From the NCBI GenBank assembly GCA_003221515.1, contig QHSI01000133.1, positions 3,530 to 67,529 of the forward strand: DNA of 64,000 nt. The letters run 5' to 3'. Under the pieces are notes generated by a model. It was not told the DNA's origin and did no database searches. It saw only the letters and a program-made list of their open reading frames with translations. Made by a program: the position numbers and the translations under genes. Position 1 is the stretch's first letter, and each line of letters starts with the position of its first letter. The stretch is from Candidatus Rokuibacteriota bacterium (lineage in GTDB: Bacteria > Methylomirabilota > Methylomirabilia > Rokubacteriales > CSP1-6). Shown piece by piece: positions 1-8,138 of this stretch.

Positions 1-396
1 GCGGAGCGCCGCCTCGCGGAGGTCCTCCGACGGGACGCAGCCGGCGACCTCGACGATGACCGGCGTGCCAGTCCACAAGGGGACGCGGGCGGTCGGGGTG
101 ATCGGCAGGCTGAACAGCGACGGGTCACGGAGGACCGCATCCGAGACCTGAGACTGCACGATGACTGCCTCGCCTTCGCGCCGGCGCTTGAGGTCCAGCA
201 TCTTCACCAGCGCCCACAGGACCACGAGCAACACGATCGCCGAGCCCACCAGGGCAATCGTTTGCGCCCCCCCCGAGGGAGACGTGCTGGAGGGAGCACC
301 ACTACCGACCGTCTGGGCCCAACCGTGTCTGGTAAGCCCGATGAGCACGAGCGCACTCGCGACGAGAGCCGCACGAACTTCCTTGATCGTCTTCAT
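1..396 (-). CDS. hypothetical secreted/membrane protein; 3' end cut by window edge
   Basis: ATG at 394-396 (minus) preceded by GGAGGTGA Shine-Dalgarno; translation MKTIKEVRAALVASALVLIGLTRHGWAQ... has N-terminal signal/TM segment; frame open to position 1 so not listed in ORF track. Confidence 0.45.
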   Translation of the reverse strand, partial: MKTIKEVRAALVASALVLIGLTRHGWAQTVGSGAPSSTSPSGGAQTIALVGSAIVLLVVLWALVKMLDLKRRREGEAVIVQSQVSDAVLRDPSLFSLPITPTARVPLWTGTPVIVEVAGCVPSEDLREAALR

Positions 397-583
397 GGCG
401 TCACCTCCCACGTGGGCGCAGCGAACTGCGAAGTCCGTGCCAGCGAGCAGCTCGGGCTTCGCGGAACGCATCGAGATTCCTGCGGAGTTGACCGCGCCCT
501 GGCCTGGCATTCGGGTTGCTCCCCTCGGTCGTCAGCAGTGGCAAGGGTGCTCGCAATCACCGCACCCAACGAAAGGAGGCGCG

Positions 584-919
584 ATGTTCCGAGTCCTGGC
601 AATCCTCGTCGCGGTCCTGGTGATGGCAGGGTTCGGCGTCACGGCTCCGTCGGCTCAGATGAAGACGGATCCCGCGGTCCAGCCGAAGGCGACGGACCAG
701 AAGCCGGCCCCGATGGACCAGAAGACGGGTCAGAAGATCGAGGGTACGGTCAAGGCCGTGCGTGGCAACACGGTCACTCTCGAGGACGGCACCCAGCTAT
801 CCATTCCTGGCTCGGCGAAAGTGCCGATGAGCCAGCTGAAGCCGGGTGCGCAGATCAGTGCCGAATACGAGGAAAGAGGGGGCCAGAAAATCGCCACCTC
901 CCTGCAGATCAAGGGGTAG
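584..919 (+). CDS. small secreted protein (signal peptide, ~111 aa)
   Basis: In-frame part of ORF 161..919; ATG at 584 preceded by AAGGAGG; MFRVLAILVAVLVMAGFGVTAPSAQ signal peptide; upstream part of the long ORF overlaps the minus-strand gene 1..396. Confidence 0.6.
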   Translation: MFRVLAILVAVLVMAGFGVTAPSAQMKTDPAVQPKATDQKPAPMDQKTGQKIEGTVKAVRGNTVTLEDGTQLSIPGSAKVPMSQLKPGAQISAEYEERGGQKIATSLQIKG

Positions 920-946
920 GGGCCAGCCCCCAGGAGGAGTCACATA

Positions 947-1213
947 ATGACGAAGGTTCTAACGGGATTTTGCGCGCTTGCTCTCCTGGCCGGTGTCGCC
1001 GCAGGATGCACGGATGCGAACAAAGGCGGCCCGGTGAGCGAGAGCCCGAGCAGCACCGAGCGGTCGCCGTCGGCTTCGCCTCCGGCCACGCCGTCGACCC
1101 CGCCGGCCACCATGCCGTCGACGCCTCCGGCCGAGAGCGGTAGCTCGTCGCCTAGCTCGACTCCGGGCGGCAGCCAGCTCCCGAAGAGCGCGCCCGGTTC
1201 TCCCAGCCGATAG
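947..1213 (+). CDS. small lipoprotein, Pro/Ser/Thr-rich low-complexity tail
   Basis: ORF 947..1213; signal peptide with lipobox-like LLAGVAAGC; RBS AGGAGG upstream; PST-rich C-terminal region. Confidence 0.6.
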   Translation: MTKVLTGFCALALLAGVAAGCTDANKGGPVSESPSSTERSPSASPPATPSTPPATMPSTPPAESGSSSPSSTPGGSQLPKSAPGSPSR

Positions 1214-1221
1214 CTCGTAGC

Positions 1222-1252
1222 GCCTCGCGACGGCGCAGGGCCGTCGCGAGGC
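1222..1252 (+). terminator. GC-rich hairpin (13-bp stem) after lipoprotein gene
   Basis: GCCTCGCGACGGC-gcagg-GCCGTCGCGAGGC perfect inverted repeat 9 nt after stop; no U-tract, as is common in high-GC genomes. Confidence 0.4.
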
Positions 1253-1306
1253 GTGCTCTCATCGCCGTCTGCATCCTAGGTAAGAATTTCCCTCCGCATG
1301 CTCGGC

Positions 1307-1369
1307 AAAGAGCCGCAGTGTGCTCCGGTAAAGACCCGCAGTGTGCTCCGGAAAAGACCCGCGGTCGAA
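1307..1369. repeat. 2.7 tandem copies of a ~22-nt unit (AAAGASCCGCAGTGTGCTCCGG) in an intergenic leader
   Basis: aaagagccgcagtgtgctccgg / taaagacccgcagtgtgctccgg / aaaagacccgcggtcgaa; flanked by two copies of GGTAAGAATT (1279-1288, 1403-1412). Confidence 0.55.
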
Positions 1370-1519
1370 TCAGGGAATCACTTCACACCTCGAACCAGGC
1401 GTGGTAAGAATTGGACGACGTAGGTAAACGCTGTAGCCCAGGCTCCGGTTGGTTCCCTAGAATCTTCTCCGAAGGAGATCGCGCTGCCAGTCCTGCGCCG
1501 AGCCGCGGCCATCGCCTGC

Positions 1520-2407
1520 TTGGTCGTCGTGCCTCTCGTCGTGGCCACCGCCGATTGCAGCAGCAGTCGGATCGTGTTGCCACTGTCCCTCGATTCCCTC
1601 GAGCTCGCCGACCCGTCCGACGCTCACGCGCTCGACACGACCCAGGCGGCGGTTCGCGGTATCGCCGCCATCATCGCCAGGACGTTCAGCCTTCCGGTTC
1701 CGCGTCAGGTGACGGTGTTCGTGTACGACGGACGTCGCGCCTTCGAGCAGGGACTGATCTACGATGCCCGCGTCTCTCCGGTGCTGGCAGCAAAGCTGAG
1801 CGACTTCGCGATCGGCGTCGGCGCGCAGGGGCAGGTGCTCCTGAACGCAGACGTCAGCGACTGGACCTCACGCGAGCGGCTGCGCCTCATCGCTCACGAG
1901 CTCACGCACGTGTCGCAGATCGAGCTCGCCGGCGGCGAGGGCCGCGGCGAGCAGTGGCTCGCCGAGGGCATGGCGGAGTGGATCGCCTTCGCGACGCTGG
2001 AGCGACTCGGGCTCGACTCGGTGAATAGACGGCGCCAGAGCGCGACCTCCGGCGTCCGGCATCACGCGACTCTGCTCCGGGGGGGCCTGGACCTCGAGGC
2101 GCACGGAACGCCTCGCGCCTTCACCGCATGGCACCTGCGCGAGGGCACGCGGGCGACCTACCAGCTCACGTTCCTGCTGGCCGACTTTCTGATCACGCGC
2201 AAGGGCCTCGACCGCATGAAGGCGTACTTCACCTCGTTCCGGGGATCGCTGGATCGTCAGGTGAATTTTCAGCGCGCGTTCGGTGGAACGATCGCGGCCT
2301 TCGAAACCGACGTGCTCGCCGCCCTGAGCGCCACGACGGACCCCACCCTGGCAGGCGCACCCACCGTCACGGCGCCGCCTCCGCGCTCCGAACCCTCCGC
2401 TCCCTGA
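1520..2407 (+). CDS. putative secreted zinc metalloprotease-like protein (HExxH)
   Basis: ORF 1520..2407 (TTG start); hydrophobic N-terminus; HELTH motif (HExxH) plus downstream EGMAEW; no specific family recognised. Confidence 0.5.
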   Translation: MVVVPLVVATADCSSSRIVLPLSLDSLELADPSDAHALDTTQAAVRGIAAIIARTFSLPVPRQVTVFVYDGRRAFEQGLIYDARVSPVLAAKLSDFAIGVGAQGQVLLNADVSDWTSRERLRLIAHELTHVSQIELAGGEGRGEQWLAEGMAEWIAFATLERLGLDSVNRRRQSATSGVRHHATLLRGGLDLEAHGTPRAFTAWHLREGTRATYQLTFLLADFLITRKGLDRMKAYFTSFRGSLDRQVNFQRAFGGTIAAFETDVLAALSATTDPTLAGAPTVTAPPPRSEPSAP

Positions 2408-2437
2408 TACGGCCGCGCGTCCGCGCGGCGACGCTCT

Positions 2438-3820
2438 TCAGGACGGCGTTGAATCCGGCGGCGTTTGGCCCGTTCGTCCCGGATTGTCGTCGGCCCGGCC
2501 GTGCAGCTTGCGGTAGAGCGAGGCCAGGCTGATTCCCAGCAGTCGAGCGGCCTGGCGCTTGTCGGACTGCGTGGCCAGGACGTCCAGCAAATGCTGGCGC
2601 TCGAACCGCCGGACGGCCCCACGCAAGTTCTGCGGAGGCGCGCCGTGGGACGCCGCCGGATCGGCCGAGAGGTCGCGAAGAGAGACCAGCTCACCTCCGC
2701 CGAGCACTATGGCCCGCTCGAGCACATGCTCGAGCTCGCGCACGTTGCCCTTCCATGGCCGCCCGATGAGTGTCCAGAGCGCCTCGCGCTCGACGCCGAG
2801 GCAGCGGGTGCCGAGCTTGGTGTTGAGCCGCTCGACCAGGTGATCGACGAGGAGCGGGATGTCCCCGCGGCGCTCGCGGAGCGGCGGCACCTCCAGGTGC
2901 ACGACGTTGAGCCGGTAGAAGAGATCTTCGCGGAAGCGACCCGCCTCGACTTCGCGCGCGAGATCGCGGTTCGTGCTGGCGATGATCCGAGTATCCACCT
3001 GCACCGGCCGGGTGCCACCCACCGGCAGGACGTGCGTGTCCTCGATGACCCGGAGCAGCTTGACCTGCAACGGCAATGGCAGCTCGCCGATTTCGTCGAG
3101 GAAGAGCGAGCCGCGGGTCGCCGCGACGAAGAGCCCGGGATTGGCCTGCACCGCCGTCGTGAACGCGCCCCGCACGTGCCCGAAGAGCTGGCTCTCGAGC
3201 AACGCCTCCGGGATCGCGCCGCAGTTGATCGCCACGAAGGCGTAGTCGTGCCGCGCGCTCGCGTCGTGGATGGCGTGCGCGACCAGCTCCTTGCCGACGC
3301 CGCTCTCACCGGTGACCAGCACGTTGCTGGGCGCCCGCGCGGCCAGCGTGATCTGCTCGCGCACGGCGCGGATCGCGTCGCTCTCGCCGACGAGTGTGCC
3401 GCCGGCGGGTCTCTCCTGCAGCGCGCGGGGCACGAGCCGATCCTTCCAGATCGTCTCGCGGTACTGGAGCAGGCGCCGCACCCGCTGCTTGAGGTCCTCG
3501 ATCTCGAAGGGCTTCTCGAGGAAGTCGCAGGCACCGCCCCGAAGCGCGCTGATCGCGGTCTCGAGCGCGGCGTACGCGGTCATCACGATGACCGACGCAC
3601 GCGGGTTGAGCAGGCGCGACCGCTCGAGTACTTCGAGCCCGTCCACGCCGGGCATGACGATGTCGGTGAGAATTACGTCGAAGTCCTCCTGCTCGACGCG
3701 GGACAGTGCCTCTTCCCCGCTCCCAGCCGTCGCGACCTCGTACCCCTCGGCCGTGAGCGTGAAGGACAGAATCTCCTGGATCGCCTTTTCATCGTCCACG
3801 ACAAGGATCGATGCGGTCAT
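2438..3820 (-). CDS. sigma-54-dependent response regulator (NtrC family: REC + AAA+ sigma54-activator + Fis-type HTH)
   Basis: ORF 2438..3820; N-terminal receiver (DDEKAIQEIL..., DIVMPGVDG); Walker A GESGVGKE; GAFTGA-region reads GAFTTA; ESQLFG, FLDEIGELP, GNVRELE motifs; C-terminal HTH. Confidence 0.9.
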   Translation of the reverse strand: MTASILVVDDEKAIQEILSFTLTAEGYEVATAGSGEEALSRVEQEDFDVILTDIVMPGVDGLEVLERSRLLNPRASVIVMTAYAALETAISALRGGACDFLEKPFEIEDLKQRVRRLLQYRETIWKDRLVPRALQERPAGGTLVGESDAIRAVREQITLAARAPSNVLVTGESGVGKELVAHAIHDASARHDYAFVAINCGAIPEALLESQLFGHVRGAFTTAVQANPGLFVAATRGSLFLDEIGELPLPLQVKLLRVIEDTHVLPVGGTRPVQVDTRIIASTNRDLAREVEAGRFREDLFYRLNVVHLEVPPLRERRGDIPLLVDHLVERLNTKLGTRCLGVEREALWTLIGRPWKGNVRELEHVLERAIVLGGGELVSLRDLSADPAASHGAPPQNLRGAVRRFERQHLLDVLATQSDKRQAARLLGISLASLYRKLHGRADDNPGRTGQTPPDSTPS

Positions 3821-3909
3821 CCTCAGAACCTGCCTTCATTTCCAGAACCGACGCAGCCCTGGCGCTGCCGGGAACGTCCGACGCGGGCAATCCCGCTCTG
3901 CGAGGACCC

Positions 3910-3926
3910 GGGAACCATGCGTTCCC
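3910..3926. promoter_or_regulatory. perfect inverted repeat GGGAAC-N5-GTTCCC, candidate enhancer-binding site
   Basis: Located ~190 bp upstream of the predicted sigma54 promoter at 4102-4116, in the divergent region next to the NtrC-type activator gene. Confidence 0.3.
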
Positions 3927-4101
3927 AGGCGTGAGAACGATACCTCGCCTGGCGGCGTTATACAAGAGTAAGTCGTGATCTCACCCCTGAGAAACGCTCG
4001 GGGTTTCCCTTCCAGAAGTCGCGAACTCGACCATGCTCCAACGACGGTCTCCCGGGAGAATATCTCTTCGTTTTCACGATGTTCAGATCGGCTCGTCTGT
4101 C

Positions 4102-4116
4102 TGGCATCGCCCTTGC
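4102..4116 (+). promoter_or_regulatory. sigma-54 (-24/-12) promoter candidate for the DUF1111 gene
   Basis: TGGCAT-cgccc-TTGC matches TGGCAC-N5-TTGC with exact spacing, ~70 nt upstream of the ATG at 4187; adjacent divergent sigma54 activator gene. Confidence 0.55.
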
Positions 4117-4186
4117 GCCCTCTGCGGGCTTGCACGGGAATTGTGCCGTGCACTTCGCCAGGTCCACGCAGGAGCAAGGAGCAGAA

Positions 4187-5572
4187 ATGAGCAAGGTGAA
4201 ATTGCGACTTCTGGTGCTCGCGGCCACGTTGCTACTGCTCGGATTGTCCGAGGGCCTGCACTCGAGGACCAGCATGGGAATCGGTCCCGGCTACAAGGAT
4301 CCGGGCGTGCGCACAGGAGACGCGGGCGCCGGCGGGTCGCTCCCCGGCCTGACGCCCAAGGAGGAGATGTTTTTCCAGGCCGGCCTCGTGGAATTCGAAG
4401 AGGCCGAAGGAGTGGGTGACGGTCTCGGCCCGCGTTTCAACCTCGACAGCTGCGGCGGTTGCCACATCCAGCCGGCCACCGGCGGCACCTCACCAGCGAT
4501 GAACCCGCAGGTCGCCGTCGCTAGCGCCTTCGGCGCCAAGAACAAGGTGCCGTCGTTCATCAAGCTCGAGGGGCCGATCCGTGAAGCGCGGTTCCAGTAC
4601 AAATTCGACGGCAGCCGGGACGGTGGCGTCCACTCGCTCTTCGTCATCAGCGGCCGCGTCGACGATAGCGGCAACGCCGCCGGCTGCACCGCGGTCCAGG
4701 AGGACTTCGAGAAGCAGGTGGCGTTCAACAACATCATCTTCCGCATCCCCACTCCCACGTTCGGGGTCGGGCTCATCGAGCAGATTCCGGATCAGACCAT
4801 CATCAACAATATGAATACCAACGCGTCGACGAAGCTGTTGTTCGGGATCTTCGGCCGCCCGAACCGGAGCGGGAATGACGGCACGATCACCCGATTCGGC
4901 TGGAAGGCCCAGAACAAGTCGCTCCAGATCTTCTCGGGTGAGGCGTACAACGTGGAGATGGGCATCACGAACGAGGAGTTCCAGCAGGAGCGCGACGAGA
5001 ACTCGACCTGTCAGTTCGCGACGGTGCCGAACACCGTGGTACCGACGGAAGTCCCACCGGGCTCACCGGACGCCGACTTCTCCAGCGCCGTCACGAAGTT
5101 TTCCTTCTTCATGCGGTTCCTGGCCCCGCCCATGCCGTCGACGACCGACCCGGGTGGCCCGGACTCGATCAGCAGGGGCCGGCAGATCTTCGCGAACGTC
5201 GGGTGCGCGCTCTGCCACACGCCGAAGCTCAAGACCGGCCCACTCGCCACGGTCGGTGCTCTCCGGGACCAGGACGTCAACCTCTTCTCGGACTTGCTGG
5301 TCCACAATATGGGGCCGGGGCTGGCCGACGACATCGTCCAAGGGGTTGCGCGGGGCGATGAGTTCCGGACCGCGCCGCTCTGGGGCCTCGGCAAGCGAAT
5401 CTTCTTCCTGCACGATGGCCGCACGAATGACCTGGTGCAGGCCATCCTCGCCCATAGCAGCGGCGGCAACTTCCAGTTCGGGCCGTCGGAGGCGAACGCG
5501 GTGATCGGCAGGTTCAAGAGTCTCGGCGACACCGACAAGCAGCATCTGCTGAACTTCCTGCGCTCGCTCTAG
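4187..5572 (+). CDS. di-haem cytochrome c oxidoreductase, DUF1111 family (putative peroxidase / thiol oxidoreductase)
   Basis: In-frame part of ORF 4079..5572 starting at ATG 4187 (RBS GGAGCAAGGAGC); signal peptide MSKVKLRLLVLAATLLLLG; two CxxCH haem motifs (CGGCH, CALCH); ~460 aa as typical for DUF1111. Confidence 0.7.
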   Translation: MSKVKLRLLVLAATLLLLGLSEGLHSRTSMGIGPGYKDPGVRTGDAGAGGSLPGLTPKEEMFFQAGLVEFEEAEGVGDGLGPRFNLDSCGGCHIQPATGGTSPAMNPQVAVASAFGAKNKVPSFIKLEGPIREARFQYKFDGSRDGGVHSLFVISGRVDDSGNAAGCTAVQEDFEKQVAFNNIIFRIPTPTFGVGLIEQIPDQTIINNMNTNASTKLLFGIFGRPNRSGNDGTITRFGWKAQNKSLQIFSGEAYNVEMGITNEEFQQERDENSTCQFATVPNTVVPTEVPPGSPDADFSSAVTKFSFFMRFLAPPMPSTTDPGGPDSISRGRQIFANVGCALCHTPKLKTGPLATVGALRDQDVNLFSDLLVHNMGPGLADDIVQGVARGDEFRTAPLWGLGKRIFFLHDGRTNDLVQAILAHSSGGNFQFGPSEANAVIGRFKSLGDTDKQHLLNFLRSL

Positions 5573-5586
5573 TCGCCGAGCCGGCC

Positions 5587-5618
5587 GGGGCGCGCCGAAG
5601 CGCGCCCCCTTCGTTTTT
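5587..5618 (+). terminator. rho-independent terminator of DUF1111 gene
   Basis: GGGGCGCGC-cgaa-GCGCGCCCC stem-loop followed by CTTCGTTTTT, 15 nt after the stop codon. Confidence 0.75.
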
Positions 5619-5619
5619 A

Positions 5620-5670
5620 GCCGTGCCTCGGCCCGCGGGGTCCCGCCCCGCGACGGCTTGCGGCGCGGAC
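5620..5670 (+). repeat. REP-like GC-rich palindromic element, copy 1
   Basis: gccgtgcctcggcccgcggggtcccgccccgcgacggcttgcggcgcggac; shares consensus GCCTCGGCCGGCGGGGCCCCAGCCCCGCGACGGCCTGCGGCGCGCAC with copies at 20691, 37517, 38268, 42291, 42594, 42657; sits between convergent gene ends. Confidence 0.65.
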
Positions 5671-5671
5671 A

Positions 5672-6142
5672 TCACGCCATCGTCAGTCCGCGTCGCGCCA
5701 GCTCGCCCTCGAGATTCAGCTCGCTGGTCCGGGCCGGCACGCCGTCGGGCACCGTCCAGAAGATCTCGAACTCGAGCCCATCCGGATCCTTGGCGTACAG
5801 CGAGAGGCTGACGCCGTGGTCGGAAGAACCGACGAGCGCGCGGGCTTCGATCAAGCGTTTCCGGGCACGGGCCAGGTCGGGCAGCTCGTCGACCTCCCAC
5901 GCCGCGTGGTACATGCGCGCCACGCGCTCGTCGGGGCGCGCGACGCCGGCTTGCTCGAAGAGGCCGAGGTGGTGGTCGTCGGCGCTGCCGGGGATCTTCA
6001 GGAAGGCCGCGTTCGGATATCGCTTCGTCACCTCGAAGCCCACGACGTCGCAGTAGAAGCGCACGCTGCGCTCGACGTCGGAGACCCAGAGCACCAGGTG
6101 CTGCAGCCGCTTGAGTCCCGTCCCCCGCGCGGTCGCGCTCAC
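5672..6142 (-). CDS. VOC / glyoxalase family protein
   Basis: In-frame part of ORF 5672..6187 starting at GTG 6142 (GGAGG 7 nt upstream; GTGA overlap with upstream stop); HLVLWVSDVERSVRFY glyoxalase-type N-terminus. Confidence 0.65.
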   Translation of the reverse strand: MSATARGTGLKRLQHLVLWVSDVERSVRFYCDVVGFEVTKRYPNAAFLKIPGSADDHHLGLFEQAGVARPDERVARMYHAAWEVDELPDLARARKRLIEARALVGSSDHGVSLSLYAKDPDGLEFEIFWTVPDGVPARTSELNLEGELARRGLTMA

Positions 6143-6477
6143 CGGGACGCCTCCGGATATTCGACGCTCACGATGATGGCGGCGCACGCGATGAGGGTGT
6201 CGGAGCCGGCGCGCAGACCGCCGCTGACGGCGCGCACGGTGACCTCGCCGTGCGGCAGCTCGCGTCGGACCACGTCGACCTTGACCGAGTCCGGGTCGGG
6301 GACACCGATGGTCACGTCGACCAGCATCTTGCCGCCGCGCTCGCGGACCTCCTGGAACAACGGCAGGCTCGAATGCCGGATGGCGTCCGAGACGGCGCGG
6401 CAGGCCGCCTTGGTGGCATCCCGCCCGTGCACGTCGACACCCATCCCAAACTCCAGCACGCTCGGCTTAGCGGTCAC
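6139..6477 (-). CDS. conserved hypothetical protein, Lin0512-like family
   Basis: ORF 6139..6477, 112 aa; N-terminal LEFGMGVDVHGRDATKAA motif recalled from memory as characteristic of the Lin0512 family. Confidence 0.5.
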   Translation of the reverse strand: MTAKPSVLEFGMGVDVHGRDATKAACRAVSDAIRHSSLPLFQEVRERGGKMLVDVTIGVPDPDSVKVDVVRRELPHGEVTVRAVSGGLRAGSDTLIACAAIIVSVEYPEASR

Positions 6478-6512
6478 GCTCCACCTCCGTGGGCAGTTCA
6501 GCTCGTCGGCAG

Positions 6513-8057
6513 CTAGTCACTCGTTCCGGTCCGCGTCGCGTCGACGAACTGCTCGGTCGCGTCGTCGATGGCGCGGCCGTCGCGACCACGCGGTTGAAGC
6601 ACATAGAGCCCGCGCGGGTCCACCGTCGCGCGTGCCGGCGGCGGCAGCCGCATCTCGTAGGCGACCGGCCGCTGATGATCGGCCAGCAGCAGCGTCGGAT
6701 CGAACACCTTGTTGAACTTCCAGAGGCTCCGGAAGAAATTCGTCTGCCCACGCATCAGGTGACCCGCCACGATCGACGCCATCTCTCGCAGAGCCTTCCA
6801 GCCGAGATGCTTCATGGCGAGGACGCGCTGCGTGCGCACGAGCTCCTCGTAGAACTCGGCCAGGGGCAGACGGGTGGGCAGCACCGCGTGCTGGATGTCG
6901 TAGAGGCGATAGTCCCGCGTCTGGACGCGGCGCGCCTCCGTGTGCCAGGTTTCCGTGCCCGGGTAGGGTGTGTTGACGGAGATGTTGACGATCTCGGGGA
7001 TCTCCAAACACCACTGGCGGATCACCTCGAACCGCTCGTGGTCCCACTCCGGGTCGGCGATCAGGTTGATGGCCACGTTGATACCGAGGGAGCGGGCGAA
7101 CTCGAGGGCCTCGAAGGCACGGCCGAGCGAGATCCGCTTGCGATACTTGCGCAGCCCCTCCTCGTCGATGGCCTCGAGCCCGAGGAACATGTAGCTCAGG
7201 CCCAGGCGGGTCCAGAGCTTGAAGACCTCCTTGTTGCGGAGCAGGACGTCGCCGCGCGTCTCGAGATAGTACTGCTTGCGGATCCCGCGCCGCGCGACCG
7301 CCTCGCCGATCGCGAATCCGTGCTGGGCCTGCACGAATGCCACGTCGTCGACGATGAAGACGCCGGGCTCCCGGACCCGCGCCAGGTCTTCCACCGCGCG
7401 CTCCGGGCTGACGATCCGATAGCTCCGGCCGTAGAAGGTCCACGCGCTGCAAAACGAGCAGTCCCACGGGCAGCCGCGGGCGAACTCGATCGACGCGCAT
7501 GGCTCGAGCATGCCGAGGAAGTAGCGGCGGCGATGGCTCAACAGGTCGCGGGCCGGGACGAGATCGTCGAGGCTCTCCACCAGCTGCGGCGGCGGGCCCT
7601 CGCCGTCGAGGGCGACGACGCCGGCCACCCGTGTGATCGCCCGCCGATCGTGCTCGACGGCGTCGAGGAGCGGCGGTATCGACGCCTCCCCTTCGCCTCT
7701 GACGACACAATCGATCGCGCCGCGCGCATGCTCGAGCAGGTCGCGCGCGACGAAGGACGCGCTGTGGCCTCCCACGAGCACGAAGGTCTCCGACCGCCGG
7801 GCCCGCGTCAGTTTGGCCAGATCGACGATCTCGGGGACATTCGCCAGGTAGTTACACGAGAACGCCACCACGTCCGGCCGCCAGCGGTCGACTAGCGCGA
7901 AGTAATCCTCATGCGACGCGACCTGCAGGTCGAGCAGGCGCACGTCGTGCCCCGCACGACGGACCGCGGCAGCGACCAGCTCCAGCCCCAGCGGCTCGAG
8001 GCGAAGGAAGATCTTCGTGTACAGCAGCGGGCCCGGGTGGACGGCCAGGAATCGCAT
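6513..8057 (-). CDS. B12-binding radical SAM protein (class B rSAM methyltransferase-like; N-terminus resembles hopanoid C-3 methylase HpnR family)
   Basis: In-frame part of ORF 6513..8081 starting at ATG 8057 (MRFLAVHPGPLLYTKIFLRLEPLGLE); N-terminal B12-binding domain; CPWDCSFCS = CxxxCxxC radical SAM cluster motif. Confidence 0.8.
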   Translation of the reverse strand: MRFLAVHPGPLLYTKIFLRLEPLGLELVAAAVRRAGHDVRLLDLQVASHEDYFALVDRWRPDVVAFSCNYLANVPEIVDLAKLTRARRSETFVLVGGHSASFVARDLLEHARGAIDCVVRGEGEASIPPLLDAVEHDRRAITRVAGVVALDGEGPPPQLVESLDDLVPARDLLSHRRRYFLGMLEPCASIEFARGCPWDCSFCSAWTFYGRSYRIVSPERAVEDLARVREPGVFIVDDVAFVQAQHGFAIGEAVARRGIRKQYYLETRGDVLLRNKEVFKLWTRLGLSYMFLGLEAIDEEGLRKYRKRISLGRAFEALEFARSLGINVAINLIADPEWDHERFEVIRQWCLEIPEIVNISVNTPYPGTETWHTEARRVQTRDYRLYDIQHAVLPTRLPLAEFYEELVRTQRVLAMKHLGWKALREMASIVAGHLMRGQTNFFRSLWKFNKVFDPTLLLADHQRPVAYEMRLPPPARATVDPRGLYVLQPRGRDGRAIDDATEQFVDATRTGTSD

Positions 8058-8138
8058 CGTTTGACGCCTCCAGTACGTCAATTGTCCACCCTTGCGCCAC
8101 TGGGGCCGACCGAATCGGCCGGCGGTCTGCGCGCCCGG

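Noticed and set aside
161-919. 252-aa ORF 161..919 and overlapping 262..1143 ORF
   Set aside because: Only the last 111 codons (from ATG 584, with a strong RBS and signal peptide) look like a gene. The upstream part overlaps a better-supported minus-strand gene ending at 396.
6517-7710. Long Arg/Pro/Gly-rich ORFs on the strand opposite to real genes (e.g. 6517..7710, 17934..19121, 38045..40009, 15854..16780, 10714..11445)
   Set aside because: Typical antisense open frames of high-GC DNA. They are Arg-rich and low-complexity, carry no motifs, and overlap well-supported genes on the other strand.
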